The notes under the pieces were generated by a model. It was given only the letters and a program-made list of their open reading frames with translations. It did not search any database and was not told the DNA's origin. A stretch of DNA of 56,877 nucleotides from a virus: IMG/VR virus record IMGVR_UViG_3300048928_000366, positions 1 through 56,877 of that record; one strand, given 5' to 3'. This document shows positions 35,318 through 42,605 of this stretch, in pieces; positions within the stretch are counted from its first letter, which is position 1; the number at the start of each line of letters is the position of its first letter. The position numbers and the translations under genes were made by a program.

Positions 35318-36093
35318 GTTAGGCCGATGTTTTTAAGGACTGCGCCGTTACTTCCGCGTGGTTGTGGATTGATGCGAAACTGTTTCAAATCCTGTTTCTT
35401 TAACCAGTTCTGGAAATGAAACCGATAGTCTTTGTCTTGCTTAACAAGTTCCCCTCCAGATTTCAGATACAAATTGAAAGCACCCATAGCATTTGTAAGC
35501 TGCAGTTCACCGATTTTGTTTTGTCGCATTACATGCTCGACGAAGTTTATCTTATCGGCCAAGCAATCAGTAAGCAGGTCATCAATACTCTTCATCACAG
35601 ATCCAGTCGGTGTCGGGTTGTTGCTATTTCCACCTCCACCTCCATTTCCATTTCCTTTCCCTTCCATTTCCTGCGCCGAGCGCCCTACGAGTTCACTATG
35701 TGTTCCCGTAGTGTTAACGGTGTGTCCATCTGAATGCTGTATTATGGCGGATTCTATGATTTGTAACGGAATTGAGTAACGAGCATAACGTTTATCAATA
35801 ACCTGATGTGTATTGAATGTGCGGATTATGTAATAGCTCTCCTGGTTATATTCGAGAGGTATAAGCATCCGGGCATTTACCAGGGTATCAAGCCATTGCT
35901 TTACTTCACTTACTCTTAAATCTTCATCATAAGGAAAGACACGGCTTTTAATGTAAACAGGATTAGATTTAATTACTCCTGCATCGTCCGCAAAGTTGAA
36001 GATGCCGGCAAAAAGTAACCTACAGTCTCTTTTCAAGCGCCCCAACTTTTCATCCTCCCAGAACTCCGGCTTAATTGTCCTAATCTTTGCCAT
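35314..36093 (-). CDS. Replication initiation / replisome organiser protein
   Basis: ATG at 36093 (MAKIRTIKPEFWEDEKL) is preferred. Gly/Asn linker. ATGA-coupled to dnaB. Confidence 0.5.
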   Translation of the reverse strand: MAKIRTIKPEFWEDEKLGRLKRDCRLLFAGIFNFADDAGVIKSNPVYIKSRVFPYDEDLRVSEVKQWLDTLVNARMLIPLEYNQESYYIIRTFNTHQVIDKRYARYSIPLQIIESAIIQHSDGHTVNTTGTHSELVGRSAQEMEGKGNGNGGGGGNSNNPTPTGSVMKSIDDLLTDCLADKINFVEHVMRQNKIGELQLTNAMGAFNLYLKSGGELVKQDKDYRFHFQNWLKKQDLKQFRINPQPRGSNGAVLKNIGLT

Positions 36094-36703
36094 GAAACCT
36101 CCTGCTTTTATGTATAGATAAACTTGTTTCACATAGATTGTAAAACTCCACGCTGTTTCGTCCAAAACTATTCGATTCAGCAGGGTGGTTCCTGAAATGT
36201 ATCTGTTTTATCGCCTCAATTACGCCATCTCCAGTATTCTTTATCCACCTATCAATATATTCCCAGGTACCGGATTCGTCTAATCCTAATTCGTAACAAT
36301 CATTGAAGTCTTTGAAGTCTCGGTACATCTCCGTGCCTGTTACCCTATATATAGTCCATCCGAGCTCGATTAATCTGGAGTCCCTAACATCATCTTTAAT
36401 CTTGTCTTTATGGTATTCTTTACCATCAAGTTCAAGCGCAATTTTGTAGTAAGGATTTCCAAAGTCTAGGAAGTAATTCTCAACCGGGTATTGAGGATAT
36501 AGCGTTATGCCACCTTTACACCTCATGGCATTCCATGCCATCTCCTCTATTGGAGAGAAGAAAAGCGAATAATTGACAACATATACTCCATAGAACTGAG
36601 TTGGGCTTTTCAATGCCAGATCCATTATCTTGTCATGATGAGTTAAGTAGAACTCTTTCAAATCGTTAAGCTGGCTGAAATAATATTCTCTATCCTCAGT
36701 CAT
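36080..36703 (-). CDS. DUF559 / Vsr-like endonuclease-domain protein
   Basis: IALELDGKEYHKDKIKDDVRDSRLIELGWTIYRV matches the DUF559 core pattern. Confidence 0.55.
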   Translation of the reverse strand: MTEDREYYFSQLNDLKEFYLTHHDKIMDLALKSPTQFYGVYVVNYSLFFSPIEEMAWNAMRCKGGITLYPQYPVENYFLDFGNPYYKIALELDGKEYHKDKIKDDVRDSRLIELGWTIYRVTGTEMYRDFKDFNDCYELGLDESGTWEYIDRWIKNTGDGVIEAIKQIHFRNHPAESNSFGRNSVEFYNLCETSLSIHKSRRFHGKD

Positions 36704-36713
36704 GTTCGTTAAT

Positions 36714-36992
36714 TTAAATTCCTGCCTGATATTGAATCAATGAATACTGCTTTATCACCTGACCCGTTCTTGTCTTGATCCATTTATACTGGATCACATG
36801 TCCCATGTGTTTGAGCTCAAACAAACGTGCTCCAAGGCGAGTGCATCGGAAGAGGTTGTAAGCCTGTAGCTGTGTAATGGTCTTACCTTTTTCTAACCAG
36901 GCGAGTATTTTATCTCGCTGGCTTTTAAGTGCCGGTTTGTTGGCTGGGTGAATTCTGTTTTTACTCATCGGACGGATATTTGGATTAATCAA
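36714..36992 (-). CDS. Winged-helix DNA-binding protein
   Basis: KILAWLEKGKTITQLQAYNLFRCTRLGARLFELK is HTH-like. Confidence 0.5.
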   Translation of the reverse strand: MINPNIRPMSKNRIHPANKPALKSQRDKILAWLEKGKTITQLQAYNLFRCTRLGARLFELKHMGHVIQYKWIKTRTGQVIKQYSLIQYQAGI

Positions 36993-37236
36993 TAATGTTC
37001 TTGTTCTTCTGCTTCCCTTTGGCGCCCTTTCGCCAGCGTTTCTCCAACTTACGGCGTGGATGGCTTTTAAACCGCTGGTTGAATATCTCTACCAGAGCTT
37101 CGCCAAACTTCTTGGTAGCGGGGTAGAAGATCTCGTATATCGCTTGGCCGTGCCGGTGCACAATGTTTAGCACCTTGATTTGTGTAAGTACCCCTTTGTG
37201 GTTGTAGGAGACTGTTTGGCCGATTAAATCTGACAT
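36985..37236 (-). CDS. Hypothetical basic protein
   Basis: 83 aa. CAGTGAACG abuts the ATG. Confidence 0.5.
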   Translation of the reverse strand: MSDLIGQTVSYNHKGVLTQIKVLNIVHRHGQAIYEIFYPATKKFGEALVEIFNQRFKSHPRRKLEKRWRKGAKGKQKNKNIID

Positions 37237-37249
37237 CGTTCACTGAGTT

Positions 37250-37462
37250 TTAATAATAGAGGCGGTAAAGCTTATTGTACCATTTTATCATCTGGCTGAG
37301 CGATAGGAAGTGACAACACATATAGTCTAATGCCCCATGCGTTGTTTTCTTTTCGGCGATTAAATCCAAATGGGTTGCATCTCGTATGCGCCAAATGCCT
37401 TTGGTGGAATCCCAAGTGAAGAAGAAGCGGGATCTTACCTTTTTAAGGAGCTTCGTTTTCAT
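37250..37462 (-). CDS. Hypothetical protein
   Basis: 70 aa. CAGTGAACA abuts the ATG. Confidence 0.5.
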   Translation of the reverse strand: MKTKLLKKVRSRFFFTWDSTKGIWRIRDATHLDLIAEKKTTHGALDYMCCHFLSLSQMIKWYNKLYRLYY

Positions 37463-37489
37463 TGTTCACTGAGTTTATGGTGTAAGGGA

Positions 37490-37903
37490 TTAGATACCTA
37501 ATAGCTTGCAGATAAGGCGCAGGTCGTTTATGCAGCGGCATGTACCACTGAATGATTTATCGGCGTGCGTGTGAACTGTTACATTGAACTTCTGGTTTTG
37601 ATTGAAATGCAACGTATAATACAGTCCATTTTTAATCAACTCGTACACATTGTTGTTGTACCCATTTTTACGAAGATATTTCCATCCTTCAGCCTCTATC
37701 TGCTCGGCGGTGAGGTACGGGACACGAACTGTTATATGGGGCTGCATCATTCTTTGCAGGATATTCTGTATAACTATCCCGTTGGCCGGCATTATCCGCG
37801 TAGCCCAGCCGGTATCTTCACCATCTATCCACCTTTTGTGTTCAAACACCAGTCCTGGTCTAATATCCTCCGGCGAGGGCGTGTAATACTTCTGTTCTTC
37901 CAT
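37490..37903 (-). CDS. Hypothetical protein
   Basis: 137 aa. TAGTGAACA abuts the ATG. Confidence 0.5.
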   Translation of the reverse strand: MEEQKYYTPSPEDIRPGLVFEHKRWIDGEDTGWATRIMPANGIVIQNILQRMMQPHITVRVPYLTAEQIEAEGWKYLRKNGYNNNVYELIKNGLYYTLHFNQNQKFNVTVHTHADKSFSGTCRCINDLRLICKLLGI

Positions 37904-37946
37904 TGTTCACTAATTAATGACTAATTAATCTCTAATTGAATTAGAG

Positions 37947-38318
37947 TTAGATTTCGATTTCGATGGGGTAGGTGCCGATGTAGTGATCTTTAGTGCATAC
38001 CTCTTTTTTTAGAGCCTCTTCTTCTGACTCGTAAGGATTTGGCGAGACGGATATTCGTCCGTACAAGCTCCACATATTCACCCACACCGTTTTCTTCTTC
38101 GGAGCCATGAAGAGGTCAATTATGCTATTCGAATTGTCAGATTGTCTACCGTCTTCTTTGCAGTATAGGTATCTTCCTTCTTCAGTGACACCTATCAATG
38201 GATAATGAAAGCTTGATACGCCAGTAAACCTTGTCAGTTGTGACACTTTTTTACCCAATCTTGTTACCACCTGCTCTCCCGCCAATGCTTTCTGCAGGTC
38301 AAAAGGTTTATAGTTCAT
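37947..38318 (-). CDS. Hypothetical protein
   Basis: 123-aa ORF. An 8-1-8 palindrome (37930-37946) lies just after the stop. Confidence 0.5.
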   Translation of the reverse strand: MNYKPFDLQKALAGEQVVTRLGKKVSQLTRFTGVSSFHYPLIGVTEEGRYLYCKEDGRQSDNSNSIIDLFMAPKKKTVWVNMWSLYGRISVSPNPYESEEEALKKEVCTKDHYIGTYPIEIEI

Positions 38319-38593
38319 ACTGTAACTTTTTTAGGTGATTGATTAAAGAGTGATTCGGGAATGGACATCGGAGGCTGGATCTCGCGGAAGTTAGCCTTGT
38401 TGAAAGCTGATGGCGCAGAATATCCAGGATATATTTCAGGGAACTCTGCCAAAAAAATGTGAGTTGAATTGTAGTTTCCGGCATGGGTATATATACCGCC
38501 TTTAACTGGTCCATTGAATTGCTCACCTGAATGCTTTTCTGTCCAAATGCCACTTGTAATACACTCCAAAAGGCTGCCTTCTTGCATGCGCAA
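38315..38593 (-). CDS. Hypothetical protein
   Basis: 92 aa with ATGA overlap to the downstream gene. Chosen over the alternative frame 38308-38553. Confidence 0.45.
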   Translation of the reverse strand: MRMQEGSLLECITSGIWTEKHSGEQFNGPVKGGIYTHAGNYNSTHIFLAEFPEIYPGYSAPSAFNKANFREIQPPMSIPESLFNQSPKKVTV

Positions 38594-38597
38594 TAAT

Positions 38598-39002
38598 TTA
38601 TTTGTTAAAAGTTGCCATTTCCTGTTTCCGTAGACTTATCAAAGTCCGTAACAGCTCGATTTGGTATTTACAATCCTTGTCCTGCTGTTCAATCCAGTTA
38701 ACCAGGTAGTTCAGATCATGGCAATCAGCTTTGATCAACTCATTCATTACAGAAGCTGGCAAGGTAGACCGTTTGGCATCTTTCAGTTGAGTGAGCACGC
38801 TGTTTTTTATTGCCTTATCCCTCCAGTACTTTGCATCTGCCAGCATCTTTCCGGTTGTCGCCATGATTGAGGCGATATGTGTTGACCTGGATACCAGCTG
38901 TTCAGGATCTTCTGTCACTATCTTCATTTTGATAATAGGCTCAAACTCTGTGGCCATCTTCAGGAGATCTTCCGGGCTGATTACGTTCTTTGATAAGTCC
39001 AT
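38598..39002 (-). CDS. Hypothetical protein
   Basis: 134-aa helical ORF. Confidence 0.5.
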   Translation of the reverse strand: MDLSKNVISPEDLLKMATEFEPIIKMKIVTEDPEQLVSRSTHIASIMATTGKMLADAKYWRDKAIKNSVLTQLKDAKRSTLPASVMNELIKADCHDLNYLVNWIEQQDKDCKYQIELLRTLISLRKQEMATFNK

Positions 39003-39004
39003 TG

Positions 39005-39646
39005 TTACTTAATTTGAATGCTTTTCTTTTCCTCAATTGAGGCTCCTGGTATCTTTACGCCAGCCTTCAATTGTTCTTTTATCTTTTCCCTGCTTGCTGA
39101 TGCGGTTACGTTAAAAACAGCCAACACTTCATCGGTTATACCTGCTTCCGCGGCCTCGTCGGACATTTCCGGGTTTACCTGAAAGTCAACTTTCACGTAT
39201 CGGAGGATATTGTCTGCAAAGTCGTCTTTCAGTTCAACGGGAGAGGTCTTGCGATAAGTTATTTTCAGCGTTTCGCTTTCCACCTTGTCGTAACCAAATT
39301 GCTGCATGCCCTCATCAATGAGTTTCCGGAATAGTTCTGATTTCTTGTCCGCTTTCGACTTTAGTGATTGCAGACGCTTGATTTCTGCGGCGATGACATC
39401 AGACTCAGCATCCATCTTTTTGATAACGTAAGCATAGCTAATAGCTTTCTCTTTAAATTCCTTTTCATTGAGTCTGAGGGCAGATAACATCTGTTCAGAG
39501 ATCTCTCCGTCATTTTCTTCAATCTCAGCCAAGAGGGACATATGATCCTGACGAATATTAAAAATTGACTTCTTTGGTTTTGGTGCAGGAGTGGGGTTAT
39601 CCATTTGTTCCCGTTCCTGTTCGAATAGTTCTTTACTGGAAGTCAT
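39005..39646 (-). CDS. Siphovirus Gp157-like protein
   Basis: Acidic coiled-coil protein directly downstream of the annealase gene. Its pattern resembles Gp157 family members as I recall them. Confidence 0.45.
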   Translation of the reverse strand: MTSSKELFEQEREQMDNPTPAPKPKKSIFNIRQDHMSLLAEIEENDGEISEQMLSALRLNEKEFKEKAISYAYVIKKMDAESDVIAAEIKRLQSLKSKADKKSELFRKLIDEGMQQFGYDKVESETLKITYRKTSPVELKDDFADNILRYVKVDFQVNPEMSDEAAEAGITDEVLAVFNVTASASREKIKEQLKAGVKIPGASIEEKKSIQIK

Positions 39647-39650
39647 GACA

Positions 39651-40466
39651 TTATTTTTGTGCCGGAGCGGCAGGTGTAAGTTCCTTTCCTTTAGCTGCGA
39701 TAGCTTTATATACAGAGTTGTCCTTATTGATAAGCTCTTTATACATCTCCTTAATCGTTTTTAGGTCTGACAACTCAGTAGCTTTGTTGATGAGGCTAAG
39801 GCATTCCTTTTTCATTATTTCGTCTGGTGAGTCATCAGATTTTGTTTCTGCTTGTGATTTCTGTTGGCCGTGTGGTTGACCACATTCATTCCAGAATGGT
39901 TCGTCTGTCTTTTTTCTCCACTTCACTTCCTTCTTCTTGACCCCGTTTCTTTCTATCTCTACGAATACCTTAATTGCATACTGTTTTACCCATTCTTTAC
40001 TGAACTGAGGCTGCCATAACTCAGTGGCTACCCCTAAGTCTTTACAACACCTTACAATACAATCAGACTTTGCAGATTCGGAGACACTAGCCCATGATTG
40101 CATTTTATTAGACACATGATACTCAGCCTCCCCAACTGCTTCAGATACATAACACCCACGTATCAGAAGTATGCCATCATAGTAGCATTTATTTGCCCCC
40201 GAATCAACCTTGACATCCTTCTTTACTAATGCCCACTGACCAATTCCAAAAGTTTTATTTAGCTTCATCCGTACGAATGCCTGAGGAAGATATATAAGAC
40301 CGTCAGGCCTTATTTCTACCTGTAGTGGGTCTATTGATTCTTCAAGCAGTTTTTGTTCTTCAGGTGTTACTTTTAGGAGTGATGCGTTTGGATAGAAAGA
40401 TGGTTGCTCGACCATTTCCGGAACCATAACCGCATTTTCCATCGCTGATGTTATTTCTGTTCCCAT
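39651..40466 (-). CDS. Rad52/Mgm101-like single-strand annealing protein
   Basis: YLPQAFVRMKLNKTFGIGQWAL and AKSDCIVRCCKDLGVATELW resemble Rad52-family motifs. Confidence 0.5.
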   Translation of the reverse strand: MGTEITSAMENAVMVPEMVEQPSFYPNASLLKVTPEEQKLLEESIDPLQVEIRPDGLIYLPQAFVRMKLNKTFGIGQWALVKKDVKVDSGANKCYYDGILLIRGCYVSEAVGEAEYHVSNKMQSWASVSESAKSDCIVRCCKDLGVATELWQPQFSKEWVKQYAIKVFVEIERNGVKKKEVKWRKKTDEPFWNECGQPHGQQKSQAETKSDDSPDEIMKKECLSLINKATELSDLKTIKEMYKELINKDNSVYKAIAAKGKELTPAAPAQK

Positions 40467-40492
40467 GTGATTATCAATTTCTATTAAATGAA

Positions 40493-41320
40493 TTATTCAG
40501 GTTTAACTCCAGTGATTTCAGTGAATATTTCCCAGGTAAAGTTTGGCAGCTCATAGAATGCTTTGCGGTTGCTTTCGGACCAATTATGCCAAGCATTCTG
40601 GAATGCTTCTTTAAAAGGAATGTCCTTTAGGTATCCTTCGCAGGTGGTGTGTGATGGATATTTTGCCTTCTCTTCTTCCGTCATGTAAGAGGAAGGTACC
40701 CATTGTTTCGTGTCCACTTGGCAGAGTAAAGAGAACGCCTTGCTGTCTTTGAACTGTTGTTCAGTCCAGTTGGAAGGCTGATTAAAAATGGGAAAGGGGG
40801 CAGATCCGGTGCAGAAAGCGCCGGTGTTCCTGTCGCCGGTGTTACTGTAGCCGGTGTTCCTGTAGCCGGTGTTCCAGGAGCCGGTGTTACTGTCGCCGGT
40901 GTTCCTGTCGCCGGTGTTCCTGTCGCCGGTGTTCCTGGAGCCGGTGTTCCTGTAGCCGGTGTTCCAGGAGCCGGTGTTACTGTCGCCGGTGTTCCTGTCG
41001 CCGGTGTTCCTGTCGCCGGTGTTCCTGTCGCCGGTGTTCCTGGAGCCGGTGTTCCTGTCGCCGGTGTTCGCTAACCCAGTATTGCCTTCTCCTGTATTAG
41101 CAATGCCAGCAGCAAGTAATTTTTCAGGGGTAAACATTTTCAGTATATCGTCCGGACATGCGCCATTCTCAGAACACCAGTCTAAATTGTCTTTTGCAAC
41201 TTGTAGCAGATCTTCTTCTGTTTGAGCGTTTCTGACCCGTCGTAGTTGTTCGTGGCAAGGGTTCTTAGTAGCAAGAATCGCCAATGCCGCCTCTTTAATT
41301 TTGTTGAAGTTATTTTCCAT
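40493..41320 (-). CDS. Pentapeptide-repeat protein (about 20 NTGxx units)
   Basis: NTGDRNTGDRNTGDSNTGSWNTGYRNTGSR is repeated. There are globular N- and C-terminal domains. Confidence 0.7.
   Translation of the reverse strand: MENNFNKIKEAALAILATKNPCHEQLRRVRNAQTEEDLLQVAKDNLDWCSENGACPDDILKMFTPEKLLAAGIANTGEGNTGLANTGDRNTGSRNTGDRNTGDRNTGDRNTGDSNTGSWNTGYRNTGSRNTGDRNTGDRNTGDSNTGSWNTGYRNTGYSNTGDRNTGAFCTGSAPFPIFNQPSNWTEQQFKDSKAFSLLCQVDTKQWVPSSYMTEEEKAKYPSHTTCEGYLKDIPFKEAFQNAWHNWSESNRKAFYELPNFTWEIFTEITGVKPE
40805..41100. repeat. 15-nt tandem coding repeat with a 90-nt higher-order duplication
   Basis: Units of gccggtgttcctgtc type were read directly. Unit pattern DR-DR-DS-SW-YR-SR is followed by DR-DR-DS-SW-YR-YS. 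Confidence 0.85.
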
Positions 41321-41360
41321 ACCTTTGTTTTGAAGTTGTTTTATACAATTTTTAATGGAT

Positions 41361-41389
41361 GGCTCTGTGTTGCTGCACAGGGCCTTTTT
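41361..41389 (+). terminator. Plus-strand-oriented intrinsic-terminator-like hairpin inside the leftward operon
   Basis: GGCTCTGTG-ttgctg-CACAGGGCC (9 bp, one G-T pair) followed by T5 on the plus strand only. Confidence 0.4.
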
Positions 41390-41406
41390 AATGTCTTGAA
41401 CGTGGA

Positions 41407-41841
41407 TTAATATTTGTCTCCGCCTACAGACATTTTCATTTCAACACTTACTTTGTACGTGTTCTGCATGCAGGCAACCGCTCCGTCTACCATAGCTTTA
41501 GCAAATGATGTAGCTCCTTTCTTAGAGGATATTTCCTTTATCACTGCCGCACGGATAATCTCAGTGTTTTCTGCTGCCCATTTCATCATCTCCTGCTTGG
41601 CAGTTTCCTGGATGATGTTTCTAAATACGATGTCCATAAAATTGTGAGTGTTGTCCGAGCTGTATTGACCTTTGTAGCCTTTATCGTTCACTTTGTCATT
41701 GAGACAATGTGCAACGATGGATGCAACTACTTTTTCAGGATCGCCTAAAGCGCGTGTAAGGGCTGATTTAATTTCAGTTTCAACTATCGGCTTCAGTAGG
41801 TCTGGATTCAGGTTGATAGATCCTAGTGATGTATTCGACAT
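41407..41841 (-). CDS. Hypothetical protein
   Basis: 144-aa ORF. The CAGTGAACA element lies 30 nt upstream of the ATG. Confidence 0.55.
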   Translation of the reverse strand: MSNTSLGSINLNPDLLKPIVETEIKSALTRALGDPEKVVASIVAHCLNDKVNDKGYKGQYSSDNTHNFMDIVFRNIIQETAKQEMMKWAAENTEIIRAAVIKEISSKKGATSFAKAMVDGAVACMQNTYKVSVEMKMSVGGDKY

Positions 41842-42169
41842 TTGTAAGATGTTTATGATGGTTTGATAAATTGTTCACTGTTCTTTAAAAGCCAGGCGGC
41901 GGAAGCTTAACACTAACACAACTATGAATAATGTACCTATGCCGCCTGGTTTGCTTTCCTAAAAAGTCCTGTCTCGATCATGTCCACGACACGGTTGTAG
42001 CCTCATGATCGAATAATTGACTACTTCATAACAAAGAGCTTTGGTTAAGATGCAACCGCTTTTCTGCTCAGGATACCGGCTTGTTATCCCCTGCATCTTT
42101 AAATCCCGGATGGTCTGATGACCGTTTTTTCAATAACAACTCGTGAACAGGGCAGGGCTCGAACCTGCA

Positions 42170-42400
42170 TTAAGAACCTACGGCCGGGACACCAGCGCAC
42201 GTCTTATTACCACTTCGACATTGACCACAGAGCAATCTTTTAGGAGCAAAAATCTTTTTAGACTTAGCAGGGCCGAACTTCCACGTCCCCGGCTTCGAAC
42301 AATTCGCACACGTAGTATAGTACGTTGTGTGACCTGTTTTGCGCATGGATATTCTGCGCTTTCTTGCCGCTCGTTCCCGTTTTCCTAAATTCTTTGCCAT
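42170..42400 (-). CDS. Small highly basic zinc-ribbon protein
   Basis: MAKNLGKRERAARKRR..., with CANC...CGQC. Starts 1 nt after the stop of 42402-42605. Confidence 0.4.
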   Translation of the reverse strand: MAKNLGKRERAARKRRISMRKTGHTTYYTTCANCSKPGTWKFGPAKSKKIFAPKRLLCGQCRSGNKTCAGVPAVGS

Positions 42401-42401
42401 G

Positions 42402-42605
42402 TTATCTGTTTACTTTAATGATAGCGTTTACCATTTTCGCCACCTGTCCATTTGCCAGTTTACGTCTGGCCTTCGTCTCCTTCGTCGGAGCATTCCCGGT
42501 GTTCGGTCCGGCACGGCGTTCAGACTCGCCAGTCAAAGAGTTTAAAAGTGCCGGTCTTTCCCGGCTATCAGATGCTTTCGTTTCTTTCCATGAAGTCCAC
42601 AACAT
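42402..42605 (-). CDS. Small charged hypothetical protein
   Basis: 67 aa, coupled to the downstream basic ORF. Coding status uncertain. Confidence 0.3.
   Translation of the reverse strand: MLWTSWKETKASDSRERPALLNSLTGESERRAGPNTGNAPTKETKARRKLANGQVAKMVNAIIKVNR

Noticed and set aside
40757-41074. Plus-strand ORF encoding GVPVAGVPGAG repeats
   Set aside because: It is the antisense reading of the 15-nt tandem repeat. The minus-strand frame gives a full-length protein with non-repetitive N- and C-terminal domains and fits the operon direction.
40805-41100. Possible CRISPR array (regular short repeats)
   Set aside because: The 15-nt units are directly abutting with no spacers, and they lie in frame within a 275-aa ORF. 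This is a coding pentapeptide repeat, not a CRISPR array.
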